64,000 bases of DNA from Octopus vulgaris (GCA_951406725.2 OX597817.1:137702001-137766000), one strand, 5' to 3'; counted from the stretch's first letter, positions 40,599 to 54,104 are shown. The notes: a model not told the origin generated them from the letters alone. A program made the numbers and translations.

Positions 40599-40639
<41 letters not shown>

Positions 40640-40652
<13 letters not shown>

Positions 40653-40893
40653 CATGGTACAGGAATCTTGTATGTATACCATTCTGCCTAAATAATGGAA
40701 CTGCAGATACAATATCCCTGCATATCTCATGTCTATTTTAATTCCTCCACTTCACTCTCTATTCCATATCTTATCTAGAATAGCTATTGCTTAACCAATG
40801 GAGGGATAATATAAAATATCCCGGAAACAGCTGTAAGGACCTATTTATAAATGTTCTGAAATCTTCCACAGCCTTGGATTTTTATCTCATTCT

Positions 40894-40900
<7 letters not shown>
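40640..40900 (+). mobile_element. Second copy of the 17.4-17.9 kb PLE-derived repeat, with decayed hammerhead, between (TA)n tracts
   Basis: CAATGGA-GGGATA...TATCCC-G-GAAACAGCTGTAAG at ~40797-40838. Confidence 0.6.
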
Positions 40901-40963
<63 letters not shown>

Positions 40964-41062
40964 TCTTTATCTTATATTAAACTTTTTAATACTTTTTGAT
41001 AGTTGTATTTATATATATAAAATTTTTTTAATTAAAATAAAATAATAATAATAAAAATAATA

Positions 41063-41105
<43 letters not shown>

Positions 41106-41292
41106 TTATAAGTATAAATTAATAATTTAAATAATTTTTAAAATTTTAACTTTAAATTTAAATAATTTAAATTTTGAATTTTATATTTTATATTTTTTAT
41201 ATATTATATTAATTAATTTTATTTCTGTGTATTGGTTTATGCTTTTCACTGTTTGATTTGCCTAATAGTGGTTTTATCTCTAATTTATTATA

Positions 41293-41358
<66 letters not shown>

Positions 41359-41361
<3 letters not shown>

Positions 41362-42248
41362 ATGTTGTATTTTTCTACATACCTTAATATATATTCCAGG
41401 CGCTACGTACCCTCTTAACATTAATGTGAGCACATATTCTTAAAAATTGGTACGACTCTCTGTTTCTCTCTCTCTCTCTCACTTTTACTTGATCTGTCCC
41501 CTTCTCTCTCTTTTCTCTCTACTCATCCTCTTTTTCTCTTCTCTTTCCTCTGATTCTTTGGTCTAATCTTCCCCTACCCTTCCATTTCTTTGTCTCGCTC
41601 TGCACTCACAGGTCAATCTTCGACACCCATCCCTTCTCCTCTCTGATTCCTTCTTCCTCTCTCTCTTCTCTCCCCTTGTTGCGTTTGTCCCTCCTCTCTC
41701 TCTCTCTCTCTCTCTTCCTTCCTTTGCTTCTCTTTCTTTTCTTTTCTCTCTTCTCTGTCACGTGACCGCTGGCCAAAATCTGCCTTTCAGCTTCCCACCA
41801 GCGACGTGTTAACATCGTTGTTTTTCGTCCGCCGCCAAGGCATCGCCGATAAGGCTCCTTTCCAATGCGCCAGAGAAAATTAGTTTGCTTGTTATCAGTC
41901 GTAAGACACTTGTTGTTTTCACCGTTAATGCTTCTGTATTTCATGTTTCTGTATTCCATTATTGTTTTTTGCTTTTTATATTCGTCCCTTTTGCTGTCCC
42001 GGTGTTCGTATGCATTCGATCCTTCTTCCAGGAAATCTACGCTCCCAGCTTAGTTTTTCTAATGCTCGTTGCTTAGTTTTTCTTGGAGGGCTGGCCGTGA
42101 TCTAGTAATCTCAAGATTAATCAGCCGAAATTACTACGATGATCCGGTTCTTGACTGAAGACTGAGGGTTTCGAATGTCCTGTCCGTGTTTATTGTATCT
42201 TCTTCTAAGAGTTATACGTTCTTGTCCATGTTGTATTTTTCTACATAC

Positions 42249-42251
<3 letters not shown>
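41359..42251. mobile_element. ~890 bp non-coding element with identical 27-bp terminal direct repeats, inserted in (TA)n; probably PLE-derived
   Basis: TCCATGTTGTATTTTTCTACATACCTT at 41359-41385 and 42225-42251. Contains a pyrimidine-rich tract and a decayed GGCTG...CAGCC-GAAA motif at ~42089-42130. Confidence 0.62.
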
Positions 42252-42324
<73 letters not shown>

Positions 42325-43453
42325 AAAGAGAGAAAGAGAGAGAGAGACAAAAACTGTATTTTGTTTTCCATCTACCAAATCGACTTTCAAGGCTTTGGTT
42401 GGCCCGAGACAATACTAGAAGACTTTTGCCCAAGGTTCTACGTAGTGCGACTGAGCCCGAAGCCAGTTAGCAAGTTTACGTAGTTGAATGCCAGAAAGAC
42501 AGGCCGGTTCCACGACCATCGCCACCAATCCACCTCAATATTGTCTAAGAGCTTTAAACCCGAAAATTCTCAGTAAAAAACGAAGGTCCATAATATCGAT
42601 GGAATTACCCTGGATATTCGACACACTGGTTCATAGGTAGATTGGATCTATTGCTTCGTTGAAGCAGTTGTGTCATCGCTTTGTGTGCAATAACAACAAC
42701 AACAACAACAACAACAACACGAAAGGAATTAACAAAAGAAACAACAACAACTGTTACTAATTTAAGGAGAAGGCCACCAGTTTTGGGCGGAAGGGGTTTT
42801 AGTTGCTTCATTCGCCCTCAGAACTTGATTGGTACTTTATTGTTTCGATTTCTGAAAAGATGAAAATCGAAGTCGATCTCGGCTGGAACTCGGAACGAAA
42901 CAAGCCGTCAGTAGATACCATAAATATCATTGTCCAGTACTGTAACCATTGTGCCTATGTACTGCAGAAAACGGAAACCTTATGGATCCCTATTATTCCA
43001 AAAGAATTAAGTCGCTGGTTACTTTTGGTTACGCTTTGTTCTAAACGCTGAGATTCTGACACCCAGACATGTTTTTGATCCCGTGATCTAGAAGCGTTCA
43101 TAATTTAGGCGTAGAAAGACAACTAAAACACAGATTTGTATACGTAAGATTCGATCTATCGATCGATAGCTCTCTTTATCTATCTCAGTGTATTATACTT
43201 TGATCCGTTCCTACATTTTGTGTGTGTTGAAATGTGCCATTTCTCCTGCGGCAAGATCTGAAGAAATATTTAGTGGAATAATATGGAGGAGAAAATGAGT
43301 TGTTGGATTAAGGTGATTGATCGAAAGACTGGTCATTGGTTTGATGAATAATTAAAGAGACGTTGGATAAGAGGAACCAATGAGGTGAGAGATAAGGTAG
43401 CCGTGGATCAATGAACGGATAAGGTTGGAGAGATATAAGTAAGCTACTGGAAT

Positions 43454-43495
<42 letters not shown>

Positions 43496-43551
43496 TAGAG
43501 AGGTGGACAGATAGAGAAGAAGGGAGAGAGACAGAGCGAGGAAAGGAAGGT

Positions 43552-43589
<38 letters not shown>

Positions 43590-44195
43590 AAGAAGGGAGA
43601 GAAGGAGGAGAAAGTGTAATAATGAGAGAGACATACAAACCTAGAGTCTCAGACAAAATAGAGGGAAACGGACACAAAATCTAGACACACATATAAACAC
43701 GCGTACGCACACGCGCACAATGTATATACACACATTCACATACACACAGATACACCCACTACACAAACACATGCGCCATTTTCACGATCATTTTTGAAAG
43801 AATAAAGCCAGCCTCTCGATGACCGTTGGTTATCTTTTAAATAAAACATTAATCAACATAGTCCAAGGTACACAGTGCTTGGAAATAAGTGAGGTAGGCA
43901 TGGTTGAAACGCTTCCGATTGTAAGTCTTCTCGATTAGGATTGCATTGGCGTTAAACACAAGCGCCTCCTCCAACATCACCACCATGACCACCACCAATA
44001 ACAACAACAACTACTACTACTACTACTACTACCACTACTACTACTACTACTATTACTACTATTACTGCTGCTGCTACTGCTACTGCTGCTGTTACTACAA
44101 CCGGATCATTGTAGAGATTCTAACTTCAGGTTTAAGGTTCACCGCCAACAGCTGAGAGAGAGAGTGAGAGTGAAAGAGAGAGTGAGAGAGAGAGA

Positions 44196-44228
<33 letters not shown>

Positions 44229-44791
44229 TGAGAGACAAACAGACAGTCAGAGTAGTCAGAACAAGAAATACAGCCACATGATATGCTGAAATAGAAGTGA
44301 AAATGGACCTGGAATTATTCTCTAGTGAAAGCTCTATTTGCTGATGTAGAAGTTTGGGGTGGGCAAATGTGGAACGCTTTTCTTCCTAGATATGCTCAAT
44401 CAGAGCTGCTCTATGGTTAAATAATAACACGCTGTGTCTGTCAGTGGATATTAGTAATAACTATGCCGTCAACTAGACAAAGAAAAAAAAAAACAATAAA
44501 CAGCAACAGTGATTAAAATTTGAAGAATTTAATGCCGCAATTGCAAAGAAGAGTCTTCTGTCGGAATGGTAGCATTTTATTGACTCGATATTTCGCCTTT
44601 CATTTAGAGAAGTGCAAGACAGACAGAAGATATTTATAGAACTTAGCAACATTATCCTTAAAACAATATTCCAGTTTTCAGAAGAATGGTTTGAAGGTAG
44701 ACATTCTTGATACACAATGGGTTAAATGGGGGACAAAGTGAGAGGGAGAGAGAGAAAAATAAGCAGAGACCATAGAGAGAAAGAAAGGAAA

Positions 44792-44830
<39 letters not shown>

Positions 44831-45067
44831 AGGAGATAAACAAACGTAAATATACAAAAAGATAGATCGGTGGCTAAATTTACAAACACACACATATACA
44901 TATAAATGTATGTATTTCGTTTGAAATAAGAAATAAGTGGAAATTTTACCGGTGAGTGTGTTAAATTATAAGGCACACAAAGAAAATGACTCTCCCCAGA
45001 CACAACAGTGTATGTATATATGTATGTGTGTGTATATATATGTACAAACATGTATGTATATATATAT

Positions 45068-45265
45068 AGTCGCCATGATAGATCGTTAGCCACTACACAC
45101 ATTTTTTTCTCTTCTTGTTTCTCTCCTTGTTTTTTCTGTGTCCCTTTCTGTAGAAGAGCGTAGGATCGAAGCGTAAAATACTTTTTCTATTCCTAAGCGT
45201 TATACTAATACATGTGTTTGTTTTGTATACCACCTGTCTTCGTCTTTTGTTTTTTTCGTAAACTC
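45068..45265 (+). mobile_element. Short PLE-like element with decayed hammerhead-like motif
   Basis: TTT-CTGTAGA-AGAGCGTAGGATC-GAAGCGTAAAA at 45145-45178. A related copy lies on the minus strand at ~46170-46365. Confidence 0.5.
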
Positions 45266-46103
45266 TCCCTTTGTATAAATATATATATATGCACACACTC
45301 ACAGACATATATACACACATATATGTATATACACACGTGAGCGTGCATACGTGTGTGGAGGACGTTTGGGTGTGTGTGCGCGCGTATGTTGATAAAGATA
45401 TGGTTTATCAATACTCTGAATTTTTTTCTGAATTAGTTGAACCGGACAGCATCTTCCAGTTTACCCAAAAAGCTAATTTAGATATATTAATGCGTTTGAG
45501 TGATTATCTTTAGGGGTCGGGGTGCATCTTTCTGTGTACCTTTTGTCCTGCATTGCTGGAGTTGGTTTGCAAATTCTAATGTGAAATAATTAATGATGTA
45601 GAGATATCGACAACTTTAGCAAAACAGAATATAAATGACGTACTCAGCAAGAAGTTGTGGTACAACAAGGGAACCAACCAATGAATAAGCGATAAATAAG
45701 CTACTTTTGAAGAACTTCACACGAGGCATTACGATTAAACAACAGAAAAATGACTGCAACAGCTCTCAACTTGCTAAAGAGATATTGTGTAAGAACAATT
45801 CTTGTGAAAAATTATCAGGTAAACAGAAGCTGAAAAAAAAAACCAAAACAACAACAAAAACTATTTAAAAAAAAAAAAGTATACTAAAGATAAAATCGAA
45901 CAATCAAAGTATTGACAAATGAAACAGCGACACTCATAGACACTGCCTTAAATTTACACTTAAAAACAGCCATTGAAATCCATAACCTAGTGAAACGATG
46001 CGCCTGCTACAATTTCTATGAAAACATAATGCCGAAAGAAGGCAAATCACATCTAAAGGTGACAATAAACAAACACAAGTGAAAAAAAAAGACTGTTGTG
46101 TTA

Positions 46104-46166
<63 letters not shown>

Positions 46167-46361
46167 AAGGTTTAAACATTTACGAAAAAGTATCCAAAGC
46201 ACAGAGACAGGTGAAATAACAACAAACAGGGAGTATTATTTTGAACCTCGGGAAAAATGGAAGACGTTTCGAGCCAATACCCTTATACAGAAAGGAATGT
46301 GTTGAACAAACGAGAGAGAAAAAAAAGCAGGACTGATAAAAACGTGTCCGAATTAACGGTG

Positions 46362-46443
<82 letters not shown>

Positions 46444-46611
46444 TGCAAATAACCCACCTCTATTTGCATATATCTCTGCAAACAATAACTCTCTACCCGA
46501 ATGAGTTACGGTGCCTGAAGAATGAATGTAATATGAAACATCATTAAATGCCATTAAATTAGACATGGCCAAGGCTAATTCTGGCTGAAACATGTCTAAG
46601 TATCTAAGTAC

Positions 46612-46711
<100 letters not shown>

Positions 46712-47255
46712 GCAGACAGAGAATTAGCCGTGTTGATATATTAATGCTGATAGTTTAAAATATCATTTATTGAAACTAAACAAAGAATTTGTTCTCGTTG
46801 CACTTCAGAATGATTTGTTCTATGTCAGTTACAGCCAAGTAAAAACTGTTCTCCGTGATCCGGGACAGGGGTTAACTTGACAAATGTTATTGACTTTAGC
46901 GAACAACCCAAACAGACGTGCTCCATTCCTGCTTTTATATTTCACTGAAATTATTCCGAAATTACGTCACGTTAATTATTTTTACTTCTCATCATGTCTG
47001 CTCAGCTGTCAGATAGTTGATGACAGTAAGGGATTTATTGGTTTATTCAACTGCTTCTTCTTTCCCATTTCGGGGTTTGTTTTGTTTTACAACAGATGTC
47101 TACACTTAAGTTAGACTCACTTCCAAGTACTTCAGTAGGAACATGTCATACTAACCTTCCGCCGACATATGCAAGTGTGCATAAATGTATATACGCACGC
47201 ACACTCATACACATACATATGTATGTATGTATATATATGTATATATGTATATATA

Positions 47256-47352
<97 letters not shown>

Positions 47353-47384
47353 AATATATATATATATATATATATAATATAATT

Positions 47385-47465
47385 CGAGACAAAACCACTA
47401 TTTTTAAACCAAACAAGGAAAGACTTAATCAATACATAAAATAATATATAAATTAAATAATATAT

Positions 47466-47514
<49 letters not shown>

Positions 47515-47611
47515 GTCACGTCCTCGCGTTGTTGTGTTTTGACAAAACACTATTTTAAAACCAAACAAGGAAAGACTTAATCAATACATAAAATTTTAAT
47601 ATAAATTAAAT

Positions 47612-47670
<59 letters not shown>

Positions 47671-47722
47671 GTCACGTCCTCGCGTTGTTGTGTTTTTTTG
47701 TGTTTTCTTGTTTGGATTAACT
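47385..47722. repeat. ~155 bp tandem duplication joining two repeat ends and (TA)n
   Basis: GACAAAAC..CTATTTT.AAACCAAACAAGGAAAGACTTAATCAATACATAAAA...(TA)n...GTCACGTCCTCGCGTTGTTGTGTTTT occurs twice. Confidence 0.8.
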
Positions 47723-48294
47723 TTATATAATATATATATATATATAGTTATGGTATATTCTGTTAAGAACATAGTAGAGTACAGTATAAAGCTCGTCCAC
47801 GTTGAGATTTCACCGTCTGCTATCCAGTCGTACTATTATTATACATACTAACAGGCTTGCGTCTGGGCAGCTGTGGTGTGTGAAAAGATAACTGAAAAAA
47901 TTTGGATTCAACAAGAAGGAGTACGATCGAACATTTATTTTTTAATCACTACAATTGTTTCCACGTAACAGAGTGCGAGTACTTGATTATACAACAATTT
48001 CCCTGCATTATGAGATCTAGTTGTCTTTCATTTAAAACGAAAATAATTTTACATTAATCCCAAGGGTTACATATACCTATATAACCTTTTGTAGTATACA
48101 AAATATGCATACTTTTTGTACAGCACGAGTTTATTAAAATTTTTGCAAGAATATTAATGACAGTGATTTCGAAGTATCGGCTAGCCAAGCCAACGTCGGA
48201 CTGCATCAGACTACTCCGCTCATTGCCATATACGTAAAGAAATTTTCACTTCAACAGAAACTATACTAAGCCAGCATTAACTTCAATGCATCGG

Positions 48295-48335
48295 AGTCTG
48301 ACAACGGCTTGGATGGTTGAAACTTCGAAGTCGCT
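48295..48335 (+). ncRNA. Decayed type-I hammerhead motif (PLE 3' region)
   Basis: AGT-CTGACAA-cggcttggatggtt-GAAA-CTTCGAAGT-C-GCT. Palindromic stem III and GUC triplet, but G8>A. The same stem III recurs at 39164-39174. Confidence 0.45.
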
Positions 48336-48407
48336 ATCAATAATATTGGTGCTTAAGAAATATTTATTTATTTATTCATACAAACATACATACATACATA
48401 TATACAT

Positions 48408-48479
<72 letters not shown>

Positions 48480-49433
48480 CCTGCTCGCTTAGCCAGCGGG
48501 TGGCGTCATTTGAAGGCTAAAACAATGTGAAGCGCATTGTGACCAGCGATGTGTAGCAACATCTGATAGCCTGGTCAGTCACGGTGATCACGGTGATATA
48601 TATATATATATATAGAAAGAGAGAGGGAGAAAGATGTACATATACACATATATGTACATATACATACATATACACACGCATACATGCGTATATGTATATG
48701 TGTGTGTGATGTGTGTGGTGTGTGTGAGAGAATTATTGACTTGTCTTCTCTTCTTTCTTCCGTTGCAAACTCCGTTTCTGGGTACAAAAGGGTACTTGCA
48801 TATAGAATTTTAGGAAGTATTTCTTAAACTCTTAATGCCAGGCACCATACTTTCCACGAATCCGTAATTGCATTGCTATTCAGAGAGACATGCTTCAATA
48901 ATCAGCGAAATGTGTCTCATGCCTGGGGACATCCCTGGGGATAGTCTGATACGAGTTCAGAATACGTGGGCATCATATTAATATCTAACACATTAGTTTA
49001 GTAACTACAGCTAAGCAAATCTACGAAGCTTTCCACTAAATAAATGCCTTGGCTGTTAAGCACTTATGTAGCTTCCACCACTCACACCTATTAATAAATT
49101 CTCGTTTAACGCACACTCGCAGTATCTACATCAATCACCCGGTGGCTATACAATAAATTCGTTAAACTTGCAGCAGACGATCAGTACACTGCGTATTCAA
49201 TTGTCGTCTGCCAGACACCGATTAAACTGCTTTGGTATCGTGCCTGTAATGTACGATGCCAGAGACACAGAAACCAGATGGCTTGTAAGTCGTTTTTGTA
49301 ATACAGGTAGAGATAAAAGCGACTGCAAGTTCTGCCTCAGCGATGTACTACGAAAATGGAGTCTGCTATCAATATAAATTGTCTCAAAGACTGTTTTTAA
49401 AGTAGCCGATTATTGTGTTCATCCTTTAATATT

Positions 49434-49737
49434 AGGTCTTGTTTGCTCCTTCTCGAGCTATGCCTGGCTCATAAGGGCCGGTCTCCCGGTTTCCTTGGCG
49501 TATAGGTTCCCCTCCTGGACGGGACGCCGGTCTGTCGCAGGTGAGCTGCAACATGCAGGAGGAAAGAGTGGGAGAAAGTTGTGGCGAAAGAGTCTGCAGA
49601 AGTTCGCCATTACCTTCTGCCGGAGCTGCGTGGAGCTTAGGTGTTTTTCGCTCATAAACACACACATCCCCCGGTCTGAGATTCGAACCCGCGATCCCTC
49701 GACCGCAAGTCCGCTGCTCTAACCACTAGACCATGTA
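49434..49737 (-). mobile_element. tRNA-derived SINE, type C
   Basis: Minus strand TGGTCTAGTGGTTAGAGCAGCGGAC...GGTTCGAATCTC, central TTTATGAGCGAAAAACACCTAA, CCTGCGACAGACCGGCGTCCCGTCCAGG. Confidence 0.85.
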
Positions 49738-49764
49738 ACCTAAAGATATTAGTTCTTGACTATA

Positions 49765-50190
49765 AGGTGCTGCCAGAATCGTTATGGCGCAAGAAAAAGA
49801 TATGCTTAGCGGCATTTCTTTAGTCTTTACACTCTAAGTTCAAATTCTGCGGAGGTCGACTTTACCTTTCATTCTTTCGGGGTCTATAAAGTAAGTACCA
49901 GTTGAACACTGGTGTCAATGCAGTTGACTGACTCCTTGCTCTAAATTTTCTGGCCTTGTGTCAAAACTGAAAACCAAAATATTCTTGACGAAGGCGGCGG
50001 GCAAAATGTTTCATGCAGTTCGTTTGTTTTTATGTTCCGAGTTCAGATTCTAACCAGATCAATTTTGCCTTTCATCCTTTTGAGGGTCGATAAAATAAGT
50101 ACCTGTTGAACACTTGGGTCGATGTAATCGATTTACTCCCGGCCCGGAAATTGTTGGCTTTGTGCAAAGATTTGAAGCTAATATTATATT
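49765..50190 (+). mobile_element. Two tandem degenerate SINE type B copies
   Basis: GTTCAAATTC...CCTTTCAT.CTTT...GTC.ATAAA.TAAGTACC.GTTGAACAC present twice. Confidence 0.75.
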
Positions 50191-50408
50191 CTCGTTAGTT
50201 ATGTATTAAACCGATATTGTAAAACATATAAGAATAGATAACACAAAATTTAATATATAAAACTATCACACACATAGATACATACATACATGCATAGATG
50301 CATAGATGCATATGTACATACATGCATACATACATAGATACATACATACATACATACATACATACATACATACATACATACATACATACATACATACATA
50401 CGTACATA

Positions 50409-51186
50409 CAAGACACTCTAAAATGAAATCCGTTGAAAGGATAATCCCCAGAACAAAGAAATAGGAACCTACAGTATGGTAGAAGCCATAGCCACTCATA
50501 ATAAAATGGAGTACTGGTGGAATGACCCAATGAAGACCTCAATAAAATATAAGTACAACAGACCTGATATAATGATTTGGGATACAGAAGAGAAACTGTG
50601 TTCAGTTGTGGAAACCAAATGACCAGCGGATGTTGACGTAAAACTGAAGATCAGTGGAAAAGAGAAAAACCTATGCTGAACTATGGAGACATCTGCAGTT
50701 ACTCTATCCCGATTACAATTTCAGGTTTATACCTGTAATTATTGGGGCCCTGGGATATGTAACACACTGCCTAAATACCAATCTTGAGAAATTGGGCTTC
50801 TCAGGACCAGAAAAGAGAAAGCTAATTCGAAGACCACTGACCCAATCATACATACACACATGCATGCATACATACATACATACATACATACATACATACA
50901 TACATACATACATACATACATACATACATACATACATACATACATACATACAGCTAGGACACTCTGTAATGAAATTTGTCGGATGAATAACCCTGAGGAC
51001 AAAGAAATAAGAGCCCACAATATGGTAGAAGCCATAGCCAATCATAATAAAATACATGCAGACATGCAAACAAAAATACCCTGTTGTCGATGTTGAAATT
51101 CCAATGAAGGCACCTAGGATCTAGGTTAGAAACCAGTTCTTTCTCTATTGGCAAGAAATCTTGAAATAATACTGAACAATGACATC
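50409..51186 (+). mobile_element. Two fragments of the CATA-associated RLE retrotransposon separated by (CATA)n
   Basis: NRPDIMIW and FIPVIIGALG in the first fragment. The second (50952-51186) restarts at the same GACACTCT position and jumps to the 3' UTR. Confidence 0.78.
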
Positions 51187-51221
51187 CATTCCTACATACA
51201 TACATACATACATACATACAT

Positions 51222-51771
51222 TATTATGGCTGCCCCCTCGTTATCGAGTATGGCCATTGCACGAAGCTTAACTGTTACTGGTGCTGTGATCGAATGTGAC
51301 TTTTTAGCCCAGCTAAAGATCTACAATGTCTTGTACAAAATTGGCACCTAAAACTTTACTGGTAATAGCCGGCTGTAGTTGTAACTGGGCTTCATGTACC
51401 TTTGCATGTCGTTTAAATCCTCCTGCCGAATTACACTCTTTTCCACATGCCCGACAGATATGATTAGTTTGGTGTGTTACACCACCACCAGTGGCCAGGT
51501 TGTCACTCATCTGTCTCGTTTTATGACTACGAAGATGACTCATGAGTCCAGCTTTACTGAGGCAGGGTCTTGCACAGACATTGCATGTCAGAATCAAAGG
51601 AAGACCCTTCCCTTCTGGAAGTGTAACAGCGATACCCTTCCTGACATCCCTCCTTACTTTCTCATGTGCAACTCGAGATTTCTCAAAAGTGGCTGTCCCC
51701 TCATGCACAGTCCTTCTCCACCTGCTACGATCAATAGCTATGCCTTCCCATGTGTCAGGAGAGATGCAACC
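51222..51771 (-). mobile_element. RTE-clade LINE 3' end with three C2H2 zinc fingers, inserted in (TATG)n
   Basis: WEGIAIDRSRWRRTV (RTE C-terminal motif), CNVC...H...H, CRAC...H...H, and after a frameshift CQFCTRHCRSLAGLKSHIRSQH* (stop 51275-51277). Short 3' UTR. Confidence 0.82.
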
Positions 51772-51885
51772 ATACATACATACATACATACATACATACA
51801 TACATACATACATACATACATACATAGTTTCATGCAAGTATACATACATATACTTTTTTACGCTTTGGAATAATGGTGCTCGAAT

Positions 51886-52081
51886 CATATCAACTATAGC
51901 TATAAAGATTAGCTATGTAAATATTGGGCTGACAACCCGTTTGGATAGGAAAAGCAGAGGCTGCGTTTCATGTCTACAACGGATATGAGTTCGAGCCCCA
52001 TGAGCAGACTTCAACTTTTTTCATCCAAATGGGGTTTCCAATCCAATATTTACATGCTATTCTCTATAGCTGTATGTGATG
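51886..52081. repeat. ~65 bp imperfect inverted repeat with a B-box-like motif in the loop
   Basis: TATAGCTATAAAGATTAGCTATGTAAATATTGGGCTGACAACCCGTTTGGAT vs the reverse complement of ATCCAAATGGGGTTTCCAATCCAATATTTACATGCTATTCTCTATAGCTGTA. The loop has GAGTTCGAGCCC. Confidence 0.75.
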
Positions 52082-52184
52082 TGCTTCGAGAAACTTTATT
52101 CCCGAAAATAATTATTTCACGTTCTCTCGAAAGTTTATAAAGGTTTCTAATGACGTCAACAATATATTTTATATTTTATTTGTT

Positions 52185-52590
52185 GTTGCTGTTTGTTTGT
52201 TTGTTTGTTTGTTTGTTGAGCGAAGCGGTCTTCGTCCCAGAGCTCGCAAGATCGCGCCTCGGGAGAAATCCGAAGCGTGGTCCTTTGCTATTCGTAAGAC
52301 CCACAGAAGAGAAAGCAGGTCAACCCCCGACACCGAGAGCATCGACGGATGTATGAATGCGCATCCAGGCTCAGCGGTTGCGTAGGAAGTCGGGGACAAG
52401 AAACAGGGAGAAAGGCTGAAAGTTGGAGCGAAAGAGTACAACAGAGGTCGCCACCACCCACTGCCGGAGCCTCGTGAAGCTTTAGGTGTTTTCGCTCAAT
52501 GAACACACACAACGCCCGGTCTGGGAATCGAAACAACGATCCTCCGACCGCGAGTCCGCTGCCCTAACCACTGGGCCATTGCGCCTCCAC
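52185..52590 (-). mobile_element. tRNA-derived SINE with type C head/core and a different 3' tail ending in (CAAA)n
   Basis: TGGCCCAGTGGTTAGGGCAGCGGAC...TTTCGATTCCC and TTGAGCGAAAACACCTAA. Tail unrelated to that of 49434-49737. Confidence 0.83.
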
Positions 52591-53124
52591 TGTTGTTGCT
52601 GCTGTTGATGTTGATGATAGTGATAATACTGTGGTCGTGATTAACCTCAAAGTAAAGCCTGATGAAGCAGACCAATGATCCAGAGCAATCCAACCAGAGC
52701 TCTACCTTTTCTTCCCTATATGCCGGAAATCCGGAACTGCATCATTCAACGTGTTTCTTTTGCTTTAAGCGGGACTGAGTTGCTATTTCTACCAGATCTA
52801 GCAACCATGTAGGCGCTACTTCGTTGGCTCATGTAATATTTATATAAAACATGTTGGTATATCAAGATATGTATGTATGTATGCATGTATGTATGTATGT
52901 ATGTATGTATGTATGTATGTATGTATGTATATGTGCATATATGTGTGTGCGCATGTGTATATGTATGTCTGTAGATGAGTGTGTATTTACGTATACCTGC
53001 GTGTGTATATATTTGTATATATATATATGCATTTATGTATGCATGTATGTAAGTATGAGTTTATGTATTTAAGTAAGCGTTATGTGTGTGTGTGTACGTC
53101 TGTGTACGTGTGTGTGTGTGTGTA

Positions 53125-53201
<77 letters not shown>

Positions 53202-54061
53202 GTGCGAGCGAACGTTACATTCTCATTGCAGAGTAGTTTTAATTGCCGAAAAGGAAGTGTGTATTAGTCTGAGTTTGTCAGTGTATACACCATAATTACC
53301 TGGGTGTTTAAACATCAAGATGGAAGCTATACGGCCAACTGCACACAGATAACAAGCTGGTTTCCATTGCAATTAATAACAATCTACACTCAGTCAGGCT
53401 CCTGGGCCATTTCGGGGCTGGCCAGCATGCAGATTGCTTTGAAAACAAAAACAAAAAAATATCTTGCGTTGGTGTCTATATCACGTATGATATATTGTAG
53501 CACATGGAGTTCTCTTTCTCTCTCTCTCTCTGTCTGTCTGTCTGCCTCTCTCTCTCTCTCTTGCATTCGCTCTCTCTCTATACACACACACAAACACACG
53601 TACATACATCATCATATATATACAGATACATATGTGTGTCCGTGTGCGTACGCCTGTTTGCATATAGGTATGTATGTAACAAGAAAAATTAAGGGGTCTA
53701 TTCATGTCTTCTACGGTATCAATTTTTGCTCCCCTTGTACATCATTTTATCTCCTCACCTGGCTTTACAGCTCCTTCGAAGGCAAGCTACTGCCCGTTTT
53801 CAACTATTCCTTGCTTCCCTGTATCTTTCTTTCTCCTCTGCTCTACCAGTCCCCCTTCTACCAATACCTGACGTTCGAATGTTTTACTTTGGCTCTCCTC
53901 CACTTCTTTCAGTACAGCCACTTCTTTCTCTTCTTAACTTCCTGCCACAGAAATCAGAAAACGAGCAAACAAAATACGAATCCCATGATTTCACATTTCA
54001 CACAAAGCACACATGCGCGCACACACCCAACCACACTCACATATACACGCCACACCACACT

Positions 54062-54092
<31 letters not shown>

Positions 54093-54104
54093 CACTAACA
54101 CATT

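Noticed and set aside
40990-41220. Almost pure A/T stretch as a functional element
   Set aside because: Lies between (TA)n tracts and looks like degraded repeat or low-quality sequence.
49670-49737. tRNA gene candidates (also 52520-52590, 54230-54300, 55429-55495)
   Set aside because: A/B boxes run directly into SINE core sequence, with imperfect cloverleafs and no oligo-T terminator; these are SINE heads.
51313-51888. Possible host C2H2 zinc-finger gene
   Set aside because: Preceded by the RTE C-terminal W...A.DR..WR motif, lacks TGEKP linkers, starts in (TATG)n and ends in a LINE-like tail.
53304-54098. 264 aa ORF
   Set aside because: Spans (CT)n and (CA)n low-complexity tracts; no motif or splice support.
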